Origin: an uncultured delta proteobacterium
GTDB lineage: Bacteria; Myxococcota_A; Polyangia; Fen-1088
Reading direction: 5' to 3'
NCBI GenBank assembly: GCA_963737265.1
Contig: CAVTRY010000012.1
Span: forward strand, 160,001-224,000
Length of the DNA stretch: 64,000 bases
This document shows positions 55,280 through 64,000 of the stretch, in pieces; position 1 is the first letter of the stretch; each line of letters begins with the position of its first letter. The position numbers were made by a program, and so were the translations under genes. The notes below the pieces were generated by a model that worked only from the letters and a program-made list of their open reading frames with translations, was not told the DNA's origin and ran no database searches.

Positions 55280-55816
55280 GTGCAGCAAAGGACCACGCTA
55301 CTGGTGGCAACGCACGATGCACGGGTCGCGGGCTGCATGCATCGGATTGTCCGCATGGAGGACGGCCGACTTCTTTTTCCGGGCGCGGCCGTTGCCCACG
55401 GCGGAGATCCGATCGATCGCCTCAATCCCATCGAATTGAACGACATCGAAGGAAGCGCCGTTGCGACCGACTGTCCACTAGATCGCATCGGCGAGATCAT
55501 GACCAACGCAGGCGTATCGCGGCTGCTGGTGCTCGATGACGAAGGACATCTCGATGGTCTCGTCAGCGTGGCCGATCTCCTGGTCCACTCTCCTGGGCAT
55601 CGCGCCCTTGAAACCGCTCGTGGTATCTACGCCAGAGAGACGAGTGATCGTTCGCCCGGCCACCCACACCTTGCCACCCAGCCAACCCCAGAGTTCTTCC
55701 ATGGCGCTCACGATTTCGCTCCCGACGACAACCTGGTCGAGGAAAATCCCGCTCGCCGCGAAGCGAACAGCGTGGTCCACGGCGGCACAAACGAGTTGAA
55801 GGAGTTTCCCGCCTAG
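55280..55816 (+). pseudogene. Chimeric remnant: ABC ATPase C-terminus fused to a CBS-domain fragment
   Basis: TTLLVATHDARVA...RIVRMEDGRL followed in frame by IM..AGVSRLLVLDDEGHLDGLVSVADL. Confidence 0.6.
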
Positions 55817-56550
55817 AAAGCGGCCTCAATCGGTGTCTTGGGCGCCTTCGCTCCCGCAGCAAGAATGGTCTTACGGCTGTACGCTAGCAGCTCGCCAATG
55901 CGCTCGATTCGCACGTCCGCGCTTGGGTACTTCGCCAAAATCTGGGCGTCCAAGGCATAATGTCCCTGCCGCGCGAAAACGGTCGTGACCCTCGCGCCCC
56001 AAATGCGCTTGATAGCGGTAAGTATCCGTAGCTTGTCGTCCACGACAACATAGTGTGCCGCCGGGTATCGCGCCTCCACATCGGCCAGCTCGCGCTCCTT
56101 GTGAACGTAGATCAAAGTCCGGCCGCGCACGGCCTGGGAGAGTCCAGCGCGATCTACCTTGTGAGGCTGGAAGACCACATCGCCATCCGTCAGCAAAACC
56201 GTCGTGCCCCAGCGCCGGACGTGCCTGAGCACCTCTAGAGATCCAGGATAGAGTCGGTCGGCAAAGGGATAGTCGAGAAGAAAGCGTGAGATTGCCAGGA
56301 TCCCCATGTCACGGGGATACTCGCGCCTAAAGCGCTGCAATGCGCCAAGATAGTCGACGTACCCCAGGCGGGTGCGCAACCGCTCAAAGATGATCCAATA
56401 CGAGCGCGCGCGCTTTGGGCCGACCTCGCGCTTGAGATAGTTGCCGAGATCCGCGATGACGCGGTCGTTATCTAACAACGTGTTGTCGACATCGAACAAA
56501 AGCACGACATTGTCTCGGCCTGCCACACTCCTAATTGTGGACCTCTCCAT
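55813..56550 (-). CDS. HAD family hydrolase
   Basis: LFDVDNTLLDND, DGDVVFQP.K and VDDKLRIL. Confidence 0.88.
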   Translation of the reverse strand: MERSTIRSVAGRDNVVLLFDVDNTLLDNDRVIADLGNYLKREVGPKRARSYWIIFERLRTRLGYVDYLGALQRFRREYPRDMGILAISRFLLDYPFADRLYPGSLEVLRHVRRWGTTVLLTDGDVVFQPHKVDRAGLSQAVRGRTLIYVHKERELADVEARYPAAHYVVVDDKLRILTAIKRIWGARVTTVFARQGHYALDAQILAKYPSADVRIERIGELLAYSRKTILAAGAKAPKTPIEAAF

Positions 56551-56691
56551 GTTGGCGCTCCGCTACTGCTTGTCACATGGTTGAGCCCAACGCCAACTGC
56601 GAATCTCCGGCATGTCCTGGCCACACCTGTCGACGTATTGCCAGCCTACCAGCCTAACACAGGCGATCCCGCGGTCCCCGTGCGACGTCTA

Positions 56692-56707
56692 CGCAACGGC
56701 TGTGCCA
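56692..56707 (-). promoter_or_regulatory. Sigma-54 promoter
   Basis: TGGCACAGCCGTTGCG on the minus strand. Confidence 0.72.
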
Positions 56708-56757
56708 GTCTCCGCGCCTCGTTACCTGCGCGCTCCGGCCGGCAACTTCGAGAAATC

Positions 56758-56790
56758 CAATCAATATGAATGCTCGCTCCGTCGATCTGA
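56758..56790 (-). promoter_or_regulatory. Bipartite enhancer-like motif, copy 6
   Basis: Minus strand TCAGATCGA-N9-CATTCATATTGATTG, between divergent sigma-54 promoters. Confidence 0.6.
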
Positions 56791-56866
56791 AGGAGGTATT
56801 CGCCACCTCCCACCCCTTTCGCGAGCAAACACGCCATGAAAACCGGCAATCCCTGTTTCGTGCGAC

Positions 56867-56882
56867 CGGCACGAAACATGCT
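56867..56882 (+). promoter_or_regulatory. Sigma-54 promoter
   Basis: CGGCACGAAACATGCT. Confidence 0.65.
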
Positions 56883-57006
56883 TTTCTCGCACCCGATACG
56901 GAGAATTCATGAAGAGGCACCTTCGCGATCCCGCGCCCTTCCGCGAATTGGCCGCGGCGAGCTGGTTTCCTAACGCGAAATCGCGCCCGGCCATGAGAGC
57001 CAGTCC

Positions 57007-57720
57007 ATGATTACAGTTCGCCGGGCCAAGGATCGGCGCCACGTCAAACGCGACGATCAGGACCTGTGGTTAACCTTCGATGCCGAGGATCCACAAGATC
57101 CGTTCGCGCACGGGTTCGGGGCTCTGGAAATCCTGAGCGAGACCCAGCTACCTCCCGATGCGATCGTTCCGCTACATCCCCGCGACGACGCGGAGATCAT
57201 TACCTACGTCGCCGAAGGCGCGCTTAGCTATGAAAACGCGATCAATGGGGCGGGAGTCATCGAGGCGGGCGAGTTCCAACGCGTGACCGCCGGACGAAAG
57301 GCGGGGCACAGCGAAGCCAGCCGGCCGCGCACCGGTGGAGCTCACATCTTCCAGCTTTGGCTGCGCCCGGCGGAAAGCCAACTCGAGCCCGGCCACGAGA
57401 AACGGCGGTTTTCGGCGGCACAGCGCCGCGGCTTCCTCTGCCTCATCGCTTCGCCGGACGGCCGACACGGGACGCTGCACGTTCACCAGGACGCGTTTCT
57501 TTACGCCGCCGCGGTCGACAGGGGCTACCACCTGGTTCACGAGCTTGCGCCCGGACGAAGCGCTTGGCTGCACATCGTGCGCGGTTCGGTGGATTGCGGC
57601 GGCGTCAGACTTGGCGGTGGCGATGGCGCCGCGATCACCGCGGTGCACACGGTTTCGTTTACGGCACAGGAGGAGACCGAGATCCTGCTTCTCGATCTCC
57701 GGGACAAGACGGCGGCGTAG
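57007..57720 (+). CDS. Pirin family protein (YhhW-like)
   Basis: MITVRRA..R, GFGAL, EIITYV.EG, HSE, FQLW and LIASPDG..LHVHQDA. Confidence 0.9.
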   Translation: MITVRRAKDRRHVKRDDQDLWLTFDAEDPQDPFAHGFGALEILSETQLPPDAIVPLHPRDDAEIITYVAEGALSYENAINGAGVIEAGEFQRVTAGRKAGHSEASRPRTGGAHIFQLWLRPAESQLEPGHEKRRFSAAQRRGFLCLIASPDGRHGTLHVHQDAFLYAAAVDRGYHLVHELAPGRSAWLHIVRGSVDCGGVRLGGGDGAAITAVHTVSFTAQEETEILLLDLRDKTAA

Positions 57721-57800
57721 CGGCTCCGCTTGCGTAGGCTGACGGAGTGGCCCCGCCGATAGCTCATAGGTCCACGACCGGTCCGTGGTACTCAACATCC

Positions 57801-60800
57801 TTGGAGACGTTGCGCTCCCTGCGGGAGAAGGTCGGGTTTCGTGGTCTGCACTCGGCCATCAGCGGCGCGGACGGCACGGTGTCGCGTGCTGACCCGGACG
57901 AGCAGCCGCTGCTGGCGGAGCTGTTCAGCGTCAGTCAGCTCGGACAGCACGCCAGGACGCTCGCGGGCTGGCACAAGCTCGCTCCCCGTGGCGGCAAGGG
58001 CAACGACCGCCTGCTCGCGCGGCTGACCGACAACGAAGACACGCTCGAGGATGCCCACGTCCTGGTCACCCAAGCGGTGAAACACGGTACGCGCATCACG
58101 CACGCCTCGGAATGGTTCATCGACAACTACCACCTCATCGAAGAACAGATCCGGATGGCGCGTCGCCACCTGCCGCGCGGCTACAGTCGCGAGCTGCCGA
58201 AGCTCGCCAACGCCCCGTCGCTCGGAGCTCCGCGCGTCTACGATATCGCCATCGAGCTCATTTCGCACTCGCATGGCCGCATCGATATTGAAGGCCTGCG
58301 CGCCTTCGTCGCGTCCTACCAGGCGTTAAGTCCGCTGCGCTTGGGCGAGCTGTGGGCCATTCCCATCATGCTGCGGCTGGCGCTGATCGAGAACTTGCGC
58401 CGCGTGGTCGGCCACGTCACCTCGGCGCTGCGCGACCGCGAGCGCGCCGGCTACTGGGTCGAACGCATGCTGGAGGTGGCGGCCAAGAACCCAGGCAAGG
58501 TCGTGCTGGTTCTCGCCGACATGGTCAGGGAAAGCCCGCCCATGACCAACGCCTTCGTGGCCGAGTTCGCCAGCCGCTTGCAAGGGCAAGGGCCGTCGCT
58601 GGTCTTTCCCATTTCGTGGCTCGAACAGCGGCTTTCCGAGCTCGGCCAAACCGTCGAGCACGTCTTTCAACTGGTCGGTCAAAGCCAGGCGTCGGACCAA
58701 GTTTCCGTGGGCAACAGTATCGGCAGCCTGCGCCTGCTCGGTGCCACCGATTGGCGCGATTTCGTCGAGGCCATGAGCGTGGTCGAGCGCACTCTGCGCG
58801 GCGACCCGACCGGCGTCTACCCGACCATGGACTTCGCCACGCGCGACCGCTATCGACTTGCCGTCGAGGACATCTCCAAGCGCAGTTCACTCTCCGAGGA
58901 TCAGGTGGCGCAAACGGCGCTGCAGCTCGCCCGCGACGCGAGCGCCGGCAGCGCCCAAGGTGCGGCGCAAAATGCACGCACAGACCACACCACCCATGTC
59001 GGGTACTTTCTCATTGGCGACGGCCGCGCCCAGCTCGAACGAGCGGCGCGCATGCGCCGGACACCGCGACAGTTTGCCCGCGGCCTCGGCCGCCGGTTTC
59101 ATTTCGTTCTCTTCACCGGCGCGATCACGCTCCTCACCGCCGCGATGACCGGATCTCTGGCGCGCGCGGCGACCGGTTTCCACACCTTTTCTCCGTGGGG
59201 TCTTGCCGCGGCGACGTTGATCTTCGCCGTCGGCTCAAGTCAGCTCGCCCTCGGGCTCGTCAACTGGGCCGCCACCCTCCTCGTCGGCCCGCGCGTTCTG
59301 CCCCGCCTCGACTTCTCGAAGGGCATTCCGGCCGAACACAGCACGGTGGTGGCGGTGCCGACACTTCTCACCGATGCCGCCGAGATCGACGGGCTGCTCG
59401 ATGCGCTCGAGGTTCGCTATCTTGCCAACCGCGACCCGCGCCTCTCGTTCGCGCTGCTGAGCGACTTTCGCGACGCCGCGGTGGAAACGCTGACAGGCGA
59501 CGCCGATCTGCTACAGCGAGCGCGGGCCGGAATCGACGCGCTCAACCAGCGCTACGCGTCCCCAGCGGCGGCCGCGCCGTTCTTTCTCTTCCACCGCGAG
59601 CGGCGTTGGAACCCGCGCGAAGGCGTGTGGATGGGCTGGGAGCGCAAGCGCGGCAAGATCGAGGCGTTCAACGAAACCGTTCGCGGCGCCACCGGTCGCT
59701 TCGACACCATGGTCGGCGACGTAACGTCGCTCCAGAGCGCAAAGTACGTCATCGCGCTCGACAGCGACACCCAACTTCCACGCGACGCCGCTCGGCTGCT
59801 CGCGGGCACGATGGCCCACCCGCTCAATCGTCCCATTTTCGACGAGAAGCTCGGCCGAGTCACCGGCGGCTACGCCATCCTTCAGCCGCGCGTCGCCACG
59901 ACCATGGCCAGCGCATGCCGCTCCCGCTTCGCCCTGCTCTTCGCCGGCGAGCCAGGCATCGATCCCTACACGCGCGCCGTCTCCGATGTGTATCAGGACC
60001 TATTCGACGAGGGATCGTTCGTCGGCAAGGGAATTTACGACGTCGATGCCTTCCAGAAAGCCCTGGGCGGCCGGCTGCCCCAAAACCGCATCCTCAGCCA
60101 CGACTTGCTCGAAGGCGCTTACGCCCGCTCCGGCCTGGCCAGCGACATCATTCTGTTCGACGAGTTTCCGTCTTCCTACACTGCCGATATCAGCCGCCGC
60201 TACCGCTGGATGCGCGGCGATTGGCAGATCACGCCGTGGCTGCGCTCGCGGGTGCCCGGGGCAAGCGGCCTGCGCGTGAAAAATCCCATTTCGCTGCTGT
60301 CGCGCTGGAAGGTTCTCGACAACCTTCGCCGCAGCCTGGTGCCTATTGCGCTGATGATCTTGCTACTGGTGGGTTGGGCGATTCCGGGCGCGGCGAGGCT
60401 GACGACGTTGGTGATGGCGGCCATTCTATTGCTGCCCGGCCTGTTCGCGGCGGCTACCCTGCTGGCACGCCGGCCGAACGAGGTTCCCCGCTACCACCAC
60501 CTGCGCGAAATCGGGCGCGCCCAGGCCGTGCAACTTCATCGCGAGATATACGCGCTCGCCTGTTTGCCGTACGAGGCGTTCGTCTCCCTCACCGCGATTG
60601 TGCGCACCGCCGGGCGCGTGCTCGTCACCCATCGCAAGCTGCTCGAATGGAGAACCGCCAGCGACGGCCAGCGCGCCGCCCGCACCACGCTCGTCGGTTT
60701 CTACGCGACGATGTGGACGGCCCCGCTGATCGCGGCGGTTACCATCGTCGGCCTCAAGGCGCGACATCCGGTGGCGCTTGTGGTCGCGGCACCCGTGATC

Positions 60801-63800
60801 GGCCTCTGGCTTCTGGCACCGGCCTGGGCGTGGTGGCTCGGTCGCGCGATCCGTTCGGCGGAGCCTCACCTTGCCACCGCCGACGTCCGCTTCCTGCGCA
60901 TGCTCGCGCGCCGGACTTGGCGGTTCTTCGAGACCTTCGTGACGGCGGAAGGCAACTATCTTCCGGCCGACAACTTCCAGGAAGATCCGCCGCGCGGCGC
61001 CGCCCATCGCACCTCGCCCACCAACATCGGCCTGTCCCTCACCGCCAGTCTCACCGCCTACGACTTGGGCTACCTGTCCTCGACCGACCTCGCGGAGCGC
61101 ACGCAGCTGACATTGGCATCGATGGACAAGCTGCAGCGCCACCGCGGCCACTTCTACAACTGGTACGACACGCACACGCTCGAGCCTTTGCGTCCGACCT
61201 ATGTCTCCACGGTCGACAGCGGGAACCTTGCCGGCCATTTGATCGCGCTCGCCGCCGGCTTGAACGAAATTGGCGGGCACAAAATCCTTCGCTCGGAGAT
61301 CTTTGCCGGTCTCGTCGACACCTTGGATGTGATCGCCGAGGCCGCCCCGTCCGCGGCCGAGGTGCTGGCCGAAGCGACGCGCCTGCGCTTGCAGCTCGCG
61401 ACTCCGCCCCGCACGCTGTCGGACTCTCTTGCGCTGCTCAGGCGGCTGATTGCGGGCGGACAAGATCTGGCCCGCGTGGCCACGCCGCAAAACAACGAGG
61501 AATCGGCCTGGTGGATTCACGCCTTTGCGGCCGAGTCCCAGCGCGCCTTCGATCAACTGGCGCACATGGTCCCTTGGCTGGATGTGCCGTGTGCGCCGGC
61601 CGAGATGGGTGACTTGCGCGCGACGCTCTCGCCGCCCGATGAGATACCCACCCTGGCCGAGACCGCGCTCTTGGCGCAAGCACTGGTGCCCGCCATCGAC
61701 CGAGGGCTGGCCAGTGCGACGGCGGTCGAGAGCGCGTGGCTAAAGACACTGCGCAGCGCCGTGTTGCTGGCATCGGAACGGGCCGCCGAGCAACTGTCCC
61801 TGCTGCGGCGACTGGCGGCTCGCTGCGGGGAGCTCGCCGACCTCGACTACGAATTCCTCTACGACCGCGAACGCCACCTGTTGTCGATCGGCTACAACAC
61901 CGCCAGTCGCCGCCTCGACGGAGGTTTCTACGATCTGCTGGCCTCCGAGGCGCGCCTGGCCAGCTTCGTCGCCATCGCGCAAGGCAAGCTGCCGCAGGAA
62001 CACTGGTTCAGCCTGGGCCGACTACTCACCACGTCGGGCGGCAAACCGTCGCTGCTGTCGTGGAGCGGCTCGATGTTCGAGTATCTCATGCCGCTGCTGA
62101 TCATGCCGACCTACGCCGGCACGATTCTCGACGAAACCTATCATGGGGTGGTCGAACGCCAGATTGATTACGGCCGCGAACGCAACGTCCCGTGGGGCGT
62201 CTCCGAATCCGGCTACAACAAGACCGACGCGCAACTCAATTACCAATACCGCGCCTTTGGCGTTCCGGGATTGGGTTTCAAGCGCGGGCTCGGCAACGAC
62301 TTGGTCATCGCACCGTATGCCAGCGCGATGGCCCTGATGGTCGCGCCCGATCTCGCCTGCGCCAATCTGCGCCGCATGGCCCGCGACGGGCTGCTCGGCG
62401 CCTACGGTTTCTACGAGGCCGTCGACTACACCCCCGATCGCCTCACGCGCGACGAGCGTCGTTTCGTCGTGCGCTCGTACATGGCGCATCACCAGGGCAT
62501 GGCGTTTCTCTCGCTTTCGTACCTGCTCGCCCACCGGCCGATGCAGCGCCGCTTCGACTCGAACCCAGCATTTCGTGCCACCGACCTGTTGTTGCAAGAA
62601 CGGGTGCCGCGCGCGCCGTTCATCTACCCGCATCCCGCCGAGGTGTCGTCCGCCAGCGAGCCGGCCACGAACACCGAGAACAATTATCGCGTCTTCACCA
62701 CGCCGAACACGCCCGTGCCCGCAGTGCACCTGCTGTCCAACGGCAGCTACCACGTCGCCATCACCAACGCGGGCGGCGGCTACAGCCAATGGCGCGATCT
62801 CGCGGTTACGCGCTGGCATGAAGATCCCACGCGCGACTGTTGGGGCAGCTTCTGCTACCTGCGCGACGTCACCAGCGGCGCGTTCTGGTCGGTGGCGCAC
62901 CAACCATCGCTGCAGCGGGCGACAAGCTACGAAGCCATCTATTCGCAGGGTCGCGCCGAGTTCCGCCGCCGCGACGGCGACATCGACACCCACGTGGAGA
63001 TCAGCATTTCGCCCGAGGACGACATCGAGCTGCGCCGGGTGACCCTCAACAACCGCGGGCGAACCCCGCGCACCATCGAGCTCACGAGCTACGCCGAAGT
63101 GGTGCTCGCCCCACCCGCCGCCGACGCCGCCCATCCCGCTTTCAGCAATCTGTTCGTGCAAAGCGAGCTCTTGCGTCAGCGCCAGGCCATCCTGTGCACG
63201 CGCCGGCCGCGCTCGGGCGGCGATCGCCCGCCGTGGATGCTGCACCTTATGACCGTGCAAGGTACGCAGGTGGGGGCGACATCGTTTGCAACCAGCCGCG
63301 CGGAGTTCATCGGCCGCGGCCGCTCGGTCGCCGATCCCGTGGCCATGCACCAGGCGGCGCTCGGCAACAGCGAAGGCGCCGTTCTCGATCCGGTGGTGGC
63401 CATTCGCAATACCGTGTTGCTTGCGCCCGACGAGACCGTGCAAATCCACATCGTGACCGGTGTCGCCGAGACCCGCGAAGGCGCGACCGGCCTGGTGGAA
63501 AAGTACAACGACCGCCACTCGGCCGATCGCGTGCTCGACCTGTCCTGGACGCACAGTCAGGTGGTGCTGCGACAGCTCGACGTCAGCGAGGCCGACACGC
63601 AACTCTTCGAACGCCTGGCCAGCAACATCCTCTACGCCAACCCGACCTTGCGCGCCCCGCGCAGTATCATCGCCCGCAACCGCAGGGATCAGTCCGCGCT
63701 GTGGGCGTACGGCATCTCGGGCGACCTGCCCATCGTTCTCGTGCGCATCGCCGACCGCGAGCAGATGGGCCTGGTCCAGCAACTGGTGAAGGCGCACGCC

Positions 63801-64000
63801 TATTGGCGCCTTAAGGGCTTGGCCGCGGATTTGGTGATCTGGAATGAGGACACCTCGGGCTACCGGCAAGTCCTGCACGACGAGATCATGGGCGCCATCG
63901 GCGCGCCCGCCGAGGCCAGTTTGCTCGACCGGCCGGGCGGTATCTTCGTACGCCGGAGCGAACAGCTCTCCGAAGAGGACAAAGTCCTTATGCAGACCGT
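57801..64000 (+). CDS. ndvB: Cyclic beta-1,2-glucan synthase (GT84/GH94 multidomain), 3' partial
   Basis: Missing from the track because there is no stop before the window end. The frame is the same at both ends. Motifs: MGWERKRGK, LDSDTQLP, GKGIYDVDAF, LSHDLLEG, RWMRGDWQ, SWSGSMFEYLMP, WGVSES, YMAHHQGM and LLSNG. TTG start inferred. Confidence 0.93.
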   Translation, partial: METLRSLREKVGFRGLHSAISGADGTVSRADPDEQPLLAELFSVSQLGQHARTLAGWHKLAPRGGKGNDRLLARLTDNEDTLEDAHVLVTQAVKHGTRITHASEWFIDNYHLIEEQIRMARRHLPRGYSRELPKLANAPSLGAPRVYDIAIELISHSHGRIDIEGLRAFVASYQALSPLRLGELWAIPIMLRLALIENLRRVVGHVTSALRDRERAGYWVERMLEVAAKNPGKVVLVLADMVRESPPMTNAFVAEFASRLQGQGPSLVFPISWLEQRLSELGQTVEHVFQLVGQSQASDQVSVGNSIGSLRLLGATDWRDFVEAMSVVERTLRGDPTGVYPTMDFATRDRYRLAVEDISKRSSLSEDQVAQTALQLARDASAGSAQGAAQNARTDHTTHVGYFLIGDGRAQLERAARMRRTPRQFARGLGRRFHFVLFTGAITLLTAAMTGSLARAATGFHTFSPWGLAAATLIFAVGSSQLALGLVNWAATLLVGPRVLPRLDFSKGIPAEHSTVVAVPTLLTDAAEIDGLLDALEVRYLANRDPRLSFALLSDFRDAAVETLTGDADLLQRARAGIDALNQRYASPAAAAPFFLFHRERRWNPREGVWMGWERKRGKIEAFNETVRGATGRFDTMVGDVTSLQSAKYVIALDSDTQLPRDAARLLAGTMAHPLNRPIFDEKLGRVTGGYAILQPRVATTMASACRSRFALLFAGEPGIDPYTRAVSDVYQDLFDEGSFVGKGIYDVDAFQKALGGRLPQNRILSHDLLEGAYARSGLASDIILFDEFPSSYTADISRRYRWMRGDWQITPWLRSRVPGASGLRVKNPISLLSRWKVLDNLRRSLVPIALMILLLVGWAIPGAARLTTLVMAAILLLPGLFAAATLLARRPNEVPRYHHLREIGRAQAVQLHREIYALACLPYEAFVSLTAIVRTAGRVLVTHRKLLEWRTASDGQRAARTTLVGFYATMWTAPLIAAVTIVGLKARHPVALVVAAPVIGLWLLAPAWAWWLGRAIRSAEPHLATADVRFLRMLARRTWRFFETFVTAEGNYLPADNFQEDPPRGAAHRTSPTNIGLSLTASLTAYDLGYLSSTDLAERTQLTLASMDKLQRHRGHFYNWYDTHTLEPLRPTYVSTVDSGNLAGHLIALAAGLNEIGGHKILRSEIFAGLVDTLDVIAEAAPSAAEVLAEATRLRLQLATPPRTLSDSLALLRRLIAGGQDLARVATPQNNEESAWWIHAFAAESQRAFDQLAHMVPWLDVPCAPAEMGDLRATLSPPDEIPTLAETALLAQALVPAIDRGLASATAVESAWLKTLRSAVLLASERAAEQLSLLRRLAARCGELADLDYEFLYDRERHLLSIGYNTASRRLDGGFYDLLASEARLASFVAIAQGKLPQEHWFSLGRLLTTSGGKPSLLSWSGSMFEYLMPLLIMPTYAGTILDETYHGVVERQIDYGRERNVPWGVSESGYNKTDAQLNYQYRAFGVPGLGFKRGLGNDLVIAPYASAMALMVAPDLACANLRRMARDGLLGAYGFYEAVDYTPDRLTRDERRFVVRSYMAHHQGMAFLSLSYLLAHRPMQRRFDSNPAFRATDLLLQERVPRAPFIYPHPAEVSSASEPATNTENNYRVFTTPNTPVPAVHLLSNGSYHVAITNAGGGYSQWRDLAVTRWHEDPTRDCWGSFCYLRDVTSGAFWSVAHQPSLQRATSYEAIYSQGRAEFRRRDGDIDTHVEISISPEDDIELRRVTLNNRGRTPRTIELTSYAEVVLAPPAADAAHPAFSNLFVQSELLRQRQAILCTRRPRSGGDRPPWMLHLMTVQGTQVGATSFATSRAEFIGRGRSVADPVAMHQAALGNSEGAVLDPVVAIRNTVLLAPDETVQIHIVTGVAETREGATGLVEKYNDRHSADRVLDLSWTHSQVVLRQLDVSEADTQLFERLASNILYANPTLRAPRSIIARNRRDQSALWAYGISGDLPIVLVRIADREQMGLVQQLVKAHAYWRLKGLAADLVIWNEDTSGYRQVLHDEIMGAIGAPAEASLLDRPGGIFVRRSEQLSEEDKVLMQT

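Noticed and set aside
55431-55439. TCGAATTGA matching enhancer box 1
   Set aside because: No second box or phased promoter; at most a remnant within the chimeric pseudogene.
58352-61612. 1086-aa ORF on the plus strand
   Set aside because: Arg/Pro-rich off-frame shadow of the glucan synthase, typical of high-GC DNA.

Overview
High-GC bacterial DNA, most consistent with Myxococcota (Polyangia-like). This rests on a TIGR04551-type barrel, a fibro-slime lipoprotein and Gly/Thr-linker lipoproteins. 1-10 kb holds an accessory glycan-degradation cluster (GH5, an apparently circularly permuted GH45, fibro-slime, heme-c MCP) and three small non-autonomous elements: a 579-bp TIR/TSD-bounded element carrying only a GxxExxY nuclease gene, an ISAs1-like MITE splitting the GH5 gene, and a structured MITE. 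10-42 kb is mostly housekeeping: hflKC, two GT-C glycosyltransferases, nagZ, a TonB receptor with a fourth MITE upstream, pyrG-rpoN-hpf-ptsN-hprK-rapZ-EIIA-ptsH-ptsI without the usual kds/lpt genes, an RhlE-like helicase reading NEAD, ABC-F and tal. 42-64 kb is a partly decayed stress island. It has a XylR/V4R sigma-54 activator, about ten sigma-54 promoters, six copies of a shared bipartite enhancer-like motif, several deleted or truncated genes, and a 3'-partial cyclic beta-1,2-glucan synthase that the ORF track lacks. No tRNA, rRNA or CRISPR array was seen. All calls were made by eye, without database searches.
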